Source: Abditibacterium sp. (GTDB taxonomy: Bacteria; Armatimonadota; Abditibacteriia; Abditibacteriales; Abditibacteriaceae). Taken from it: DNA of 64,000 nt. The translations under genes and the position numbers were made by a program. The stretch spans positions 3,744,001 through 3,808,000 of the forward strand of contig CBDASK010000003.1 in NCBI GenBank assembly GCA_965199495.1, given 5' to 3'. Under the pieces are notes generated by a model. The model saw only the letters and a program-made list of their open reading frames with translations. It searched no databases and was not told where the DNA came from. Below are positions 38,958 through 48,842 of this stretch, piece by piece. Position 1 is the first letter of the stretch. Every line of letters starts with the position of its first letter.

Positions 38958-40010
38958 ATGAAACCCTTGCTTTTCGCTCTGGCCCTGACGGGTTTACCTC
39001 TTCTGAGCAGCACTTCGATCTCTTACGCCGCACCCAAACCTGCGACGGCTCCCGCAACTCCGCCCGCTCCCAAAGCGGGCGTGGCCCCGGCACCAGCCAC
39101 GGCGACGCCGAGCAATGGCGTGGCCGCCGATGTCAATGGCGACAAAATTATGTTGGCCGATCTCAACCGGCAAATTGACGACATCAAAGCAAGCGAGCCG
39201 TCGTTGCAGACCAACTCGGCGGACGCGACTCAGGCGCTTTCCAATATTCGCTCGCAGATGCTCGACGATTTGATCGTGCGCAAACTGCTCAGTCAGGAAG
39301 CGCGCCGCCGCAATATCACCACCAAACCCGCCGATGTGGATGCTTTAATTGAGCAAACCAAGAAGCAGTTCAAAACGCCCGCCGAATTTAATGCGTGGCT
39401 GGCTGACCGAGGCGTCAGTGCTGGCGAACTGCGCACTGTTTTGACGGAAGAAGTCTCGATGGACGAATTGACCGCGCAGATCACTTCGGACGTGACGGTT
39501 TCCGATGACGACATGGCTACTTACTATCGCGCTAACCCCGACCAATTTACCGTTCAACCCGCCGTGAAAGTCCGCCACATTCTGTTGGCCGTCAACCCTT
39601 CGGCCTCGGCTGCCGACAAAGAGGCCGTGCGCAAGCGCGCGCAAAATTTGGTCGCCCAACTCAAAAAAGGCGCCGACTTCGCCACGCTCGCTAAGAGCAA
39701 TTCCGATGACATCGGCACCAAAGACGATGGCGGTCTATTGCCGATCTTCGAGCGCGGTCGCATGGAAAAACCGTTTGAAGACGCGGCGTTTGGCGGCAAA
39801 AAAGGCGACATCGTTGGCCCCATCGAAACCGGTTATGGCATGCACATCATCAAAATCGAAGAAGTTTTGCCGCAGAAAATCATCGAATTGAAAGATGTGA
39901 AAGACGATCCGCGTTTGAAAGCCCTGATTCTGCGCGCTAAAAAGCAGGACAAGTTCGATGCGTTCGTCGCCGGATTAAAGGCGAGCGCGAAAATCAATAA
40001 GTATGTGTAA
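38958..40010 (+). CDS. SurA/PrsA-like parvulin peptidyl-prolyl isomerase
   Basis: VKVRHIL, DFATLAK..SDD, FEDAAF and GMHIIK. Confidence 0.9.
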   Translation: MKPLLFALALTGLPLLSSTSISYAAPKPATAPATPPAPKAGVAPAPATATPSNGVAADVNGDKIMLADLNRQIDDIKASEPSLQTNSADATQALSNIRSQMLDDLIVRKLLSQEARRRNITTKPADVDALIEQTKKQFKTPAEFNAWLADRGVSAGELRTVLTEEVSMDELTAQITSDVTVSDDDMATYYRANPDQFTVQPAVKVRHILLAVNPSASAADKEAVRKRAQNLVAQLKKGADFATLAKSNSDDIGTKDDGGLLPIFERGRMEKPFEDAAFGGKKGDIVGPIETGYGMHIIKIEEVLPQKIIELKDVKDDPRLKALILRAKKQDKFDAFVAGLKASAKINKYV

Positions 40011-40084
40011 ATTTGGGTGTGCCAAATGAAAACGCCGGGCCAATTGAAATTTGGCCCGGCGTTTTCGGTTTTTACGGCTCAAAT

Positions 40085-41113
40085 CTACCGCGCCGCCAAC
40101 GAATGTCCAGCTTTGGCGCTTTGAACCGCCAAATCCAAAATCTGAATCGGGCGCCGCGCCAACTGCGCGTCAATAACCAGAGGCGCGCCGTCCACCAAAT
40201 GGTCGCGCACGTTTTCATAATAACGCTGGCCTTCATCGGCGGGATGCGCCATTTGCGTGACGGTAAATTTGCCGTCTTTGTGTTGGTAAAGTTTGGAATT
40301 CGGGCCGTCCAAGACCAGCGTGCCTTTGGTGCCGGTAATTTCGACCCAACCGTCTTTGCCTTTGCTGTCCACAGATGTCATCGAAAGCGTCAGCCACGGG
40401 CCATTTTCAAAGCGCGCCAAAACGAACGCCTCGTCTTCGTTGGCGTCGCCTTTCCACGCGGTTTGCGGCCCCCAATGCCCGTGAAACGCCACGCCGCTCA
40501 CTTCGCTCAAAGGCGCGTCAATCAATTGCAGCGAGTATTCGAGCAGATGCACGCCCCAGTCATATAAAATACCGCCCGAAATCGTGCGGCTGGTGCGCCA
40601 CCAATCGCCGGGTTTGCCGTAGCCGCCCATGTGACATTCGATGCGCACGATGTCGCCGATAATTTTCTGATTTTTGACCAACTCCACCGCCTGCAAAATG
40701 CGGCCATCCCAGTGGCGATTGTGATACGCCGAAATCATCGTATCGGACGCCGTGGCTGCTTCGATCATCGCGTCCACTTCTTCCAGAGTAATCGCGAGCG
40801 GTTTTTCCGAAACGACGTGACGCCCGGCACGCAGACATTGCAACGCGAGCGGTGCGTGCGTGTTGTGCGGCGTAATTAGCGTGACCAAATCTACGTCCGA
40901 ATTGGCGAGCATCTCTTCAACCGTGGCGTAAGTTTCGATGCCGGGAAAGTCTTGCGTTGCCACATCCAAACGCGCGGCGTCAAGTTCGACGACGGCAAGC
41001 GGCGTCATGCCCGCCGCTTGCATTTGCTTCAAATGTTGGCGACCCATATTGAAAGCGCCGCCATAACCCACGACGCCGACGCGAATATCGGCGGGAGAAG
41101 AATAATTTTTCAT
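40085..41113 (-). CDS. Gfo/Idh/MocA oxidoreductase
   Basis: VGVVGYG, TPHNTH, SEKP and GGILYDWGVH. Confidence 0.9.
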   Translation of the reverse strand: MKNYSSPADIRVGVVGYGGAFNMGRQHLKQMQAAGMTPLAVVELDAARLDVATQDFPGIETYATVEEMLANSDVDLVTLITPHNTHAPLALQCLRAGRHVVSEKPLAITLEEVDAMIEAATASDTMISAYHNRHWDGRILQAVELVKNQKIIGDIVRIECHMGGYGKPGDWWRTSRTISGGILYDWGVHLLEYSLQLIDAPLSEVSGVAFHGHWGPQTAWKGDANEDEAFVLARFENGPWLTLSMTSVDSKGKDGWVEITGTKGTLVLDGPNSKLYQHKDGKFTVTQMAHPADEGQRYYENVRDHLVDGAPLVIDAQLARRPIQILDLAVQSAKAGHSLAAR

Positions 41114-41191
41114 AGAAATTTGGAGAAAAGCAGTCTAACGCGAAAATTATGCCCTCAAGCGCGAAATTTTAGTCGAATCGAACCCACCTTT

Positions 41192-43066
41192 TTAGCGGCC
41201 ATCGTAATGATAATTGAAGCGCGCGTTGGGCGCGACATCGCCGTAAGAGTAGAAATCCATAATATCGGGCGCATCAGAAAACGCGTTGTCAGCCCACTTG
41301 AAGTCGAATTTGACCGGCGATTTGTCCAACTTCAACAATCGGCGTGGCACGGTGATTTGCAGTTCGTTGCCGCGCATCGCGTAGGAAACTGGCTGCGGCG
41401 CGTTCCATTCATATTCGCCGCCGACGTTGGCTTCGATTGTCGTCGAATTGTCGCCGCGTGGTGCGCCGTTGATGCGGAAATCGTAGCCGTGCCAGCCGGT
41501 TTTCGGGTTACAGTCGGCGTCCACGAAAAGCTGCATCCAATTGGCGCCCGTGCGCGGCGAAAGCGCCGCGCGCGCGCGGACGTAAAAGTAAACGTTATCG
41601 CGGTCGAAGCTGACTTTGCTGCCCGTGATGTCGTTGCGCGCGCTGTCGTTGACATAGCGAATATCGGGCACGCCCGCCACGAAATCGCGTTTGGCGATGT
41701 CGCTGACGGTATCGGAAAAGTCCGGCTGCACCGCGCGCCACGAAGCGAAGCTGTTGATCGTGCGCGGCGGCGACGCCGTGGCTGGCGCTTCCATGCCTTT
41801 GTAGCGGCGCATATTGGCGACGAACTGCCAATAATAATCGTCGCCGTAACCGCCCTTCATCGGCTCCAAATCGCGGTTGAACTGCTGGTTAAATTCGTCC
41901 ACGATGTGCCCTTGGCCTTCGACGGTCGTGCGCCCCAGCATCACGACGCCGGGCGTGTTCCACACGCTGGCGCGCCACTCGTTCCAGCCGGTCACCAGCA
42001 GCATCGGCGGCGCGACTTCGAGCGCGCGATTCCACATATTCTGAAAGAAAACACCTTTGGCCGCATCGGGCAAAGTCCAGTTGGGCGCGTAATCTTCTTC
42101 GTCGTAAGTCTTGCCCTCGACCGCGCTCACGCCGCCATCGGCCAAGTTTTGCCAGATTGGACCGCCCAGACTTTTGTTGACGACGAGCTGTTCGGGCTTG
42201 CCGTCCGCATCAACAGCCACCGGCGCGTTGTAGCCGTGAATGAAACGCCATTTCGTCGGTTCTTTGGCCGCGTCCTGAAATGCCCACGTCGGACGAAAAG
42301 TGAAATAACTCTGAATTTCCGGCAACAGCGCTGCGTCCTGTCCTTTTCGCAATTTGGTGCCGTCGGTGATGAGCGGCGACATCAGCAAAGGTTTGCCCTT
42401 CCACTGAAACCACATATCTTGATATTTATCCGGCTTATACCATTTAGTATAGAGATCATAAACTTTCCATTCCGGTTCGGAATTGAGGAAAAAGGTAAGT
42501 TTGGGAACGGCGACGCCATTGTTTTTCAAATCGCGCGCGACATCCATGAATGCTTGCAATTCGGGTTCGTAAAGCGAGCCGTTGGTATAATCCAAAAATA
42601 GAAAATCGACTCCGGCGTCGGAGAGCATCATCAATTGTTTGCGAATGACCCACGGATCGGTTGAGCGATAGTAACCGAAAATCGGCTCGGCCCAGTAGAA
42701 CGTCGGGAAATCGGGTGTGCCGGGCGCATGAGCGGTAAAATCTTTGAAATAGGGCCGCGTCGCCAGATATTTAGTCAGATCGTATTGAGCGTTGGGCAAC
42801 CAGCGGTCGTCGCCGTGCCATTCCCAATAAAACATCCCGACCACGCGATTGGGTTTGGGCGCGCCAACTTGCGCGTAAGTCGGCAAGCTGCGCCCCAGAT
42901 CGTCGGTCGCCACTTGGTCGGCGTTAGAAATAGCGATGGGCGCCGTATTTTGCGCGTGCGCGGCGGTTACCAGCAAGCCCGAAAGCAGAAGTAAAGGGTA
43001 TTTTTTAGAGAATGATAAAATCCTTTCGTGGGAACTCGACTTGTTTTTGGTTTTGATGTCGGACAT
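41192..43066 (-). CDS. Secreted GH99/GH71-like glycoside hydrolase
   Basis: ATDDLGRSLP, VGMFY, WAEPIFGYY, DAGVDFLFLDYTN and TGWNEW. True start may be downstream. Confidence 0.65.
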   Translation of the reverse strand: MSDIKTKNKSSSHERILSFSKKYPLLLLSGLLVTAAHAQNTAPIAISNADQVATDDLGRSLPTYAQVGAPKPNRVVGMFYWEWHGDDRWLPNAQYDLTKYLATRPYFKDFTAHAPGTPDFPTFYWAEPIFGYYRSTDPWVIRKQLMMLSDAGVDFLFLDYTNGSLYEPELQAFMDVARDLKNNGVAVPKLTFFLNSEPEWKVYDLYTKWYKPDKYQDMWFQWKGKPLLMSPLITDGTKLRKGQDAALLPEIQSYFTFRPTWAFQDAAKEPTKWRFIHGYNAPVAVDADGKPEQLVVNKSLGGPIWQNLADGGVSAVEGKTYDEEDYAPNWTLPDAAKGVFFQNMWNRALEVAPPMLLVTGWNEWRASVWNTPGVVMLGRTTVEGQGHIVDEFNQQFNRDLEPMKGGYGDDYYWQFVANMRRYKGMEAPATASPPRTINSFASWRAVQPDFSDTVSDIAKRDFVAGVPDIRYVNDSARNDITGSKVSFDRDNVYFYVRARAALSPRTGANWMQLFVDADCNPKTGWHGYDFRINGAPRGDNSTTIEANVGGEYEWNAPQPVSYAMRGNELQITVPRRLLKLDKSPVKFDFKWADNAFSDAPDIMDFYSYGDVAPNARFNYHYDGR

Positions 43067-43400
43067 AAAGCCTTGCTACACGACAGAAATTGAAGATCGC
43101 TTTAAAATCTTGAAGAGTGTCGCCACCGGAAGCTCTCTTTTGCTATGTAGCGATATAGTCTGCCCAAAATACGGTTTTTCTAAACAGCGCATCCTTTGGA
43201 AATCGGGGAATAACGCGTGTTGCAAACCGCGAAAGAAAATTCGTTCCTACCGAAAGCAAAAGCATTAAATGAATTGCGCGAGTTGGTATTGCGCTGAATT
43301 TCTATAAACTCCCCAGCGTTTGAGGTTGACAAACTTTGCTCCACGCATTAAAATCTTCTCTTGCGCCGAAACGAAGGGTTTTTTTTCCGAGGGCGCTTGT

Positions 43401-43472
43401 GCCGGTGTAGCTCAGTGGTAGAGCAGCTGTTTTGTAAACAGCCGGTCGGGGGTTCAATTCCGTCCACCGGCT
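43401..43472 (+). tRNA. tRNA-Thr(TGT)
   Basis: Cloverleaf; anticodon arm GCTGT-TTTGTAA-ACAGC. Confidence 0.95.
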
Positions 43473-43512
43473 TTGTCGGAGCCAAATCCGACATTTGATA
43501 ATTTGGGTTTTC

Positions 43513-43594
<82 letters not shown>

Positions 43595-43644
43595 CTTTAA
43601 TATCCTTTTTGTTGTAAAATAGAAGGGTATTGGCGGTTTAAGTC

Positions 43645-43716
43645 GCCGCTGTAGCTCAGTGGTAGAGCGCATTCTTGGTAAGAATGAGGTCGAGAGTCCG
43701 ATTCTCTCCAGTGGCT
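43645..43716 (+). tRNA. tRNA-Thr(GGT)
   Basis: Anticodon arm CATTC-TTGGTAA-GAATG; T-loop TCCGATT. Confidence 0.9.
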
Positions 43717-43749
43717 TTCTCATAGCGTCCGCCGCGCTATGAGATTTAT

Positions 43750-43822
43750 GCAGGCGTAATTCAGTTGGTAGAATGTTGGTCTCCAAAACCAAATGTCGTG
43801 GGTTCGAGTCCTACCGCCTGTG
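43750..43822 (+). tRNA. tRNA-Trp(CCA), copy 1
   Basis: Anticodon arm TTGGT-CTCCAAA-ACCAA; acceptor GCAGGCG/CGCCTGT; G73. Confidence 0.9.
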
Positions 43823-43860
43823 CGTGAATTTTGAAAATGAGTCGAAAGCCAAGGCTCAAT

Positions 43861-43933
43861 ACGGGCGTAGCTCAGTTGGTAGAGCATCGGTCTCCAAAAC
43901 CGAGTGTCGCGGGTTCGATCCCTGCCGCCCGTG
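43861..43933 (+). tRNA. tRNA-Trp(CCA), copy 2
   Basis: Anticodon arm TCGGT-CTCCAAA-ACCGA; acceptor ACGGGCG/CGCCCGT; G73. Confidence 0.95.
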
Positions 43934-43948
43934 TCATCGCAAAACTTC

Positions 43949-44078
43949 AATCAGAAGTTAGACGTTGGAAAATTAGAAAAAGTGCGAGTGAAAACTGGAA
44001 AAAGCGTCTTTAATTGGCGCCTAATCCGAGTTTCAGGCGTCACTTAAAACTTCTCATTTCCCACATCTAACTTCTGAT
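43949..44078. repeat. Inverted heptamer-periodic repeat element
   Basis: AATCAGAAGTTAGACGTTGGAAAATTAGAA and complementary TTCTCATTTCCCACATCTAACTTCTGATT. Confidence 0.6.
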
Positions 44079-44103
44079 TTGTTTTGTGTGGGAGAGGCAT
44101 CTT

Positions 44104-44487
44104 ATGGCCATCGTTAAAACCACAACCAGAGAAAACGGCAAAGGCGGCGGTTCCGGCGAAACAACCGAAACCACCGTGCCCATTGACCGCACCAAATCGG
44201 TCGTCCGTCAAGGAGGTTCGCCGACCGGGCGCCCCATGCGCACGCCGGGCGTCATCCAACGTCCGCAGCAAAGCACCTCCAAACCCGCGAGTCCCAAAGA
44301 TTTCATTACTGACACCATTACTGAACTCAAACGGGTCGTGTGGCCAACCAAAGAAGAGCGCATTTCGGGCACCATCGTGACCATCGGTTTGCTGCTGTTC
44401 TTCGCGATTTATATCGCGGGGTTGGATTCTCTGGCACGCGTTATTTTCGTTGGTTTAGGTATTCTCCCCTCGGACACGCTGCAATAA
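44104..44487 (+). CDS. secE: Preprotein translocase SecE with a long N-terminal extension
   Basis: ELKRVVWPTKEE plus one TM helix; lies upstream of nusG. Confidence 0.9.
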   Translation: MAIVKTTTRENGKGGGSGETTETTVPIDRTKSVVRQGGSPTGRPMRTPGVIQRPQQSTSKPASPKDFITDTITELKRVVWPTKEERISGTIVTIGLLLFFAIYIAGLDSLARVIFVGLGILPSDTLQ

Positions 44488-44560
44488 TTGAAGATTGAAA
44501 GGGCGCTCGGTGCGAAAGCTCCGCGCGTTTTTTCGCGCCTCCCAGACGGAGTAACCTCTC

Positions 44561-45103
44561 ATGAAACAATGGTATGCCGTGCATACGTATGCCGGACAGG
44601 AAGATAAAGTTCAACAGAACATCGAAAAGCGCAGTGAAGCCGTCGGGCTTCACACGCGCATTTCGCGCGTCATCGTGCCGACCGAAGAGGTTAAATCTCT
44701 GCGCGGCGGCAAGACCGTGACGCTGAAAAAGAAAATCTTCCCCGGCTACGTTTTGGTCGAGATGGACATGGACGACGAAACTTGGCATTTCATCCGCCAG
44801 ACCGTCGGCGTGACCGGATTTCTCGGCCAAGTCACCGGCACCGCGTCGCGCCCGGCTCCGCTGCAACCCGGCGAAGTCGAGCGATTGATTGGCGGTGGCT
44901 CCGAGGACGGCATCGAAGCCACGACGACGGCGTTCTATAATACGGGCGACCATGTCAACGTGACCGCCGGGCCGTTCGCTGGTAGCGAAGGTCACATTAC
45001 CGAAGTGGATGCCGCTGGCGAGAAGTTGAAAGTCGTGATTCAGTTGTTCGGGCGCGAAATGCCGATTGATCTGGATTTCGTGAGCGTGGAACGAGTGAGT
45101 TAG
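44561..45103 (+). CDS. nusG: Transcription factor NusG
   Basis: WYAVHTYAGQE, FPGYVLVEM and KOW GPFAG. Confidence 0.96.
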   Translation: MKQWYAVHTYAGQEDKVQQNIEKRSEAVGLHTRISRVIVPTEEVKSLRGGKTVTLKKKIFPGYVLVEMDMDDETWHFIRQTVGVTGFLGQVTGTASRPAPLQPGEVERLIGGGSEDGIEATTTAFYNTGDHVNVTAGPFAGSEGHITEVDAAGEKLKVVIQLFGREMPIDLDFVSVERVS

Positions 45104-45108
45104 ATTCT

Positions 45109-45219
45109 AATGCGATGTAAAATCGCAGCCAAGGAAGTCGTCGGCCTTCGCCGACAGGTTGAGCTTTCTTTTGTCGGCGAAGGCCGACGACTTCCTTGGC
45201 TGCGATTTTACATCGCATT
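45109..45219. repeat. Perfect 48-bp inverted repeat
   Basis: 45109-45156 is the exact reverse complement of 45172-45219. Confidence 0.95.
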
Positions 45220-45290
45220 GAAATATACAAAACGCGAGGGAGAGCCGTTAAAAAGCTCGAATTTACACCTGGCGTTTACAGGAAGCAACA

Positions 45291-45716
45291 ATGGCAAAGA
45301 AAGTCACCGGCTTTATTAAGCTGCAATTACCCGCAGGCGGCGCGACGCCCGCACCGCCCGTTGGCCCGGCTCTGGGTCAGCACGGCGTGAACATCATGCA
45401 GTTCGTCAAAGCCTACAACGAACAGACGGCGGCCCAATCCGGCTCCATCATTCCGGTCGAAATCACGGTTTATCAGGATCGCTCGTTCACCTTCATCACC
45501 AAGACGCCGCCTGCGGCTGACTTGTTGAAGAAGGCGGCGGGCATTCCCAAAGGCAGCGACAATCCGCTCAAGAACAAAGTCGGCACAATTTCCCAAGATA
45601 AATTGAAAGAATTGGCCGAACTGAAAATGAAAGATTTGAACGCCAACGACATTGACGCGGCGATGAAAATCTTGGCTGGAACCGCCCGTTCGATGGGCAT
45701 TGAGGTGGCGAAATAA
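45291..45716 (+). CDS. rplK: 50S ribosomal protein L11
   Basis: [15 protein letters not shown] and GTARSMGI. Confidence 0.97.
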   Translation: MAKKVTGFIKLQLPAGGATPAPPVGPALGQHGVNIMQFVKAYNEQTAAQSGSIIPVEITVYQDRSFTFITKTPPAADLLKKAAGIPKGSDNPLKNKVGTISQDKLKELAELKMKDLNANDIDAAMKILAGTARSMGIEVAK

Positions 45717-46414
45717 TGGCAAGCAAACACGGAAAACGCTATCGCGCCCTGACCGAGAAATATGATCTCGAACAGTTTTATCCGCTCGCCGAAGCAATGA
45801 CGATGGTCAAAGAGACCGCGACCGCCAAGTTCGACGAAGCCGTTGATGTCACCATCGTTTTGGGCATTGACGCGCGCAAAGGCGACCAGCAGGTTCGCGG
45901 CACGATTACTCTGCCCAACGGAACCGGCAAGACGCCGCGCGTTGTTGCCATCGCTCGCGGCGAAGCAGCCACGGCGGCGGAAGAGGCCGGAGCCGACGCG
46001 GTTGGCGCCGAAGACATCATCGCGCAGATCGAGAAAGACGAGCTGCAATTCGACGTTTTGGTCGCCACGCCCGACATGATGCGTTTATTGGCGCGTCTGG
46101 GCAAAAAACTCGGCCCACGGATGCCCAACGCGAAAAGCGGCACGGTCGGCCCCAATATCGGTTCGATTGTTTCGGATCGCAAAAAAGGCCAGATCGAATA
46201 TCGCAACGAACCCAAAGCGGCGGTCGTTCACTCCATCGTGGGCAAATCGTCGTTCGAGGCCGAGGCGTTGGTCGAGAACACGCGCGCTTTGATTCAGGCG
46301 CTGCAACGCTCGAAGCCTTCGAGCGCCAAAGGCACTTATTTACGTTCGGTGACTCTGTCTTCGACGATGGGGCCGGGCGTCAAAGTCGAAGCGGCGCCGC
46401 TTCGCCAGCAGTAA
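45716..46414 (+). CDS. rplA: 50S ribosomal protein L1
   Basis: AKFDE, QQVRG...LPNGTGK and SSTMGPG. Confidence 0.97.
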   Translation: MASKHGKRYRALTEKYDLEQFYPLAEAMTMVKETATAKFDEAVDVTIVLGIDARKGDQQVRGTITLPNGTGKTPRVVAIARGEAATAAEEAGADAVGAEDIIAQIEKDELQFDVLVATPDMMRLLARLGKKLGPRMPNAKSGTVGPNIGSIVSDRKKGQIEYRNEPKAAVVHSIVGKSSFEAEALVENTRALIQALQRSKPSSAKGTYLRSVTLSSTMGPGVKVEAAPLRQQ

Positions 46415-46437
46415 AGTAACGAGGAGACTTCATCATT

Positions 46438-46968
46438 ATGGTAGCTAAAAAATACAAGGATAAAGAAGCGCTCGTTGAAGAACTGCGCGAGAAGTTGAGT
46501 CAGGCGACCGCCGTTGTCGTCACCGAATATCGCGGTTTGAAAGCCGGCGATTTGGTGACGCTGCGTTCGGGTTTACGCGAGGCCAACGTTGAACTGCGCA
46601 TCGTCAAAAACACGTTGTTGCGCCGCGCCACAGAAGGCACGCCGCTCCACGATATGACGCTGACGCTCCAAGGCCCCAGCGCCGTGGCTCTCGCTTTTGG
46701 CGAGGCTTCGGAAGCGGCCAAAAAACTCGATGAGAACGCCGGAAAGCTCGCCGCTTTCAATCTGAAAGGCGGCGTCATCGAAAGCATGATCGTCAATGGC
46801 GACCAAGTCGCCGCGATTGCGAAACTGCCCTCCAAGTTGGAGTTGCAGGCCAAAGCCGTAGGCGCTCTGCAAGGCCCATTGTCTGGATTTGTATTCACTC
46901 TGAACGCCGTGTTGTCGAATTTCGTCGGCACGCTTCAGGCGAAGATAGACGCAGAAGCCGCGTCGTAA
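46438..46968 (+). CDS. rplJ: 50S ribosomal protein L10
   Basis: EYRGL, VKNTL and AKLPSK.EL. Confidence 0.95.
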   Translation: MVAKKYKDKEALVEELREKLSQATAVVVTEYRGLKAGDLVTLRSGLREANVELRIVKNTLLRRATEGTPLHDMTLTLQGPSAVALAFGEASEAAKKLDENAGKLAAFNLKGGVIESMIVNGDQVAAIAKLPSKLELQAKAVGALQGPLSGFVFTLNAVLSNFVGTLQAKIDAEAAS

Positions 46969-47026
46969 AATAAGGTTTCAGAATAGCGCTTAATTTGGCC
47001 GAAGGTAGAGGTTTGAGGTGAGCATA

Positions 47027-47186
47027 GCTCACACCCCCTCTATCCTTCGGACATCTCCCCCTCCGAAAGGGGGAGAGGCGGCGTGACAATCGGCACTGGT
47101 GTTACAATTGTAGCGGCGATGTCGAGGGTTAGAGCGCCTCTCCCCCTTTCGGAGGGGGAGATGTCCGAAGGACAGAGGGGGTGAGC
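47027..47186. repeat. Palindromic element (CCCCCTC..TCC..CGGACATCTCCCC family)
   Basis: Inverted arms 47027-47080 and 47135-47186. Confidence 0.8.
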
Positions 47187-47247
47187 GCGCGTCCACTTCA
47201 ATCTCTAAAATTAAAACTTTCGTCCCGCGCAAGGAAAATACAACAAC

Positions 47248-47634
47248 ATGGCAAGCGAAAAGATTCAAGGCATTCTCGACACCGTCGGTGGCCTCTCCGT
47301 TCTCGAACTCAACGAACTCGTTAAAGAATTGCAAGAGCAGTGGGGCGTCACCGCCGCCGTTGCTGGCCCCGCCGTGGCTGCGGCTGGCCCCGCCGAGGCC
47401 GCTCCCGCCGCCGAAGAGCAGACCGAATTCGACGTTATCTTGAAAGATGTCGGCGCTCAGAAGATTCAGGTCATCAAAGCGATCCGCGAAGTGCAGCCGA
47501 CCTTGGGCTTGAAAGAGGCCAAAGAAGTCGCCGACAACGCGCCCAAAGCCGTTGCCGAGGCCGTGACCAAAGAAGACGCCGAGAAAATGAAAGAGAAACT
47601 CGAAGCCGCCGGTGCGACTGTCGAACTCAAATAG
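47248..47634 (+). CDS. rplL: 50S ribosomal protein L7/L12
   Basis: [17 protein letters not shown] and AGATVELK. Confidence 0.97.
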   Translation: MASEKIQGILDTVGGLSVLELNELVKELQEQWGVTAAVAGPAVAAAGPAEAAPAAEEQTEFDVILKDVGAQKIQVIKAIREVQPTLGLKEAKEVADNAPKAVAEAVTKEDAEKMKEKLEAAGATVELK

Positions 47635-47656
47635 TTTTTTCGTCTTCGGACAAACG

Positions 47657-47697
47657 AAAAGGACGCAACGGCGAAAGTCGTTGCGTCCTTTTTTGTT
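47657..47697. terminator. Intrinsic terminator after rplL
   Basis: AAAAGGACGCAACGGC-GAAA-GTCGTTGCGTCCTTTTTT. Confidence 0.85.
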
Positions 47698-47768
47698 TAA
47701 ATTTCAAAAGCGGACAACCTTGAAGCGCCCGCGCGTCTGGAGGCTTTTGGTGTGCAAAAAATCTGGAG

Positions 47769-48791
47769 TTAAGAAGCCGGAAGTGTGATTTTCTCGATGG
47801 TTTTGGGGACGAATTCGCGGTCAATCAAATCGCGCATTGAAACCGGTTTTTTCAAGATGCCAGCTTGGAGCGCGGCGTCGGCGATTTCCTGCAAATCGGC
47901 GTTGGTCGGCGTGAGCATTCGATAGGAAACGCGGTCGGGCGGCGTGGTGAGAACGTAGCGAACCAAGGATTCTTTCTGACGAAAAAAGGGCGCGGCGATT
48001 TTGGCGGCTTCGAGGCGATGCGTTTCCGCCCATTCGCCGCTTTCGGCGATGCCACGCACCAAGTCGCGCACGACTTCGGGCCGTTCGGCGATCAATTTTT
48101 CGTGAACGACAAGAGCGCACGAAATGAAATGCGGCCAGATGTCCTTGGCATAATAAAGCACGCGGCCCGTTTTGTCCATTTCGGCTTTGGCGGCGAAGGG
48201 TTCGCCGACGAAATAAGCGTCAATGGCGCCCGTCGCGAGTGCGCCGGGCATATCGGGCGGCGCCATTTCCACGAATTTAATCTCATCGGACGCGACGTTT
48301 TGGCGCTGCATCAACGCGCGCACGACCAAGTATTGGTTGGAGTATTTGCTCGGAATGGCGAAGGTCTTGCCGCGCAAACCGCGCAAATCCCGCGTCGGAT
48401 TATTTTTGGCGACGACGATTTCCGAGCCATCGCGGTGGCCGAGGTAAACGATTTTGACGGGCACGCCTTGCTCGCGCAGTTTCATGGCGAGCGGCACGAT
48501 CATAAAAGTCGCCTGAATCCGTTCGGATTTAAGCGCATCCACGACGGTCGGAAAATCGGTGAAACGGTGCGATTCAAAATGATTGGCGGCGCCGCTGGTT
48601 TTGGTCGCGTAATCGGTGACGGGACACGTCAAATGGCACGTCACCGGCAAAAAACCAACGGCGATGTCCTGATGCTTTTGTGCGCTCGCGACAGGCACAA
48701 GCGGGTGATTCCACGGCTTGAAGTGCAAAACCGCCAAGGCCGCCGTAAGAGCCACGCCGGTTAGAATCGGTTGAATAAGAGGGTTTTTCAT
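47769..48791 (-). CDS. ABC substrate-binding protein (NrtA/CmpA/SsuA-like)
   Basis: VGFLPVTCHL, LGHRDGS, MAPPDM and VGEPF. Confidence 0.85.
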   Translation of the reverse strand: MKNPLIQPILTGVALTAALAVLHFKPWNHPLVPVASAQKHQDIAVGFLPVTCHLTCPVTDYATKTSGAANHFESHRFTDFPTVVDALKSERIQATFMIVPLAMKLREQGVPVKIVYLGHRDGSEIVVAKNNPTRDLRGLRGKTFAIPSKYSNQYLVVRALMQRQNVASDEIKFVEMAPPDMPGALATGAIDAYFVGEPFAAKAEMDKTGRVLYYAKDIWPHFISCALVVHEKLIAERPEVVRDLVRGIAESGEWAETHRLEAAKIAAPFFRQKESLVRYVLTTPPDRVSYRMLTPTNADLQEIADAALQAGILKKPVSMRDLIDREFVPKTIEKITLPAS

Positions 48792-48842
48792 AGTTTTCCG
48801 TTTTTTGTCGCTGGTTTTTATTCGACCCGCAGGCGGCTTAAT

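Noticed and set aside
44997..45319. Two opposite-strand ORFs sharing MRCKIAAKEVVGLRRQ
   Set aside because: An artefact of the perfect inverted repeat.
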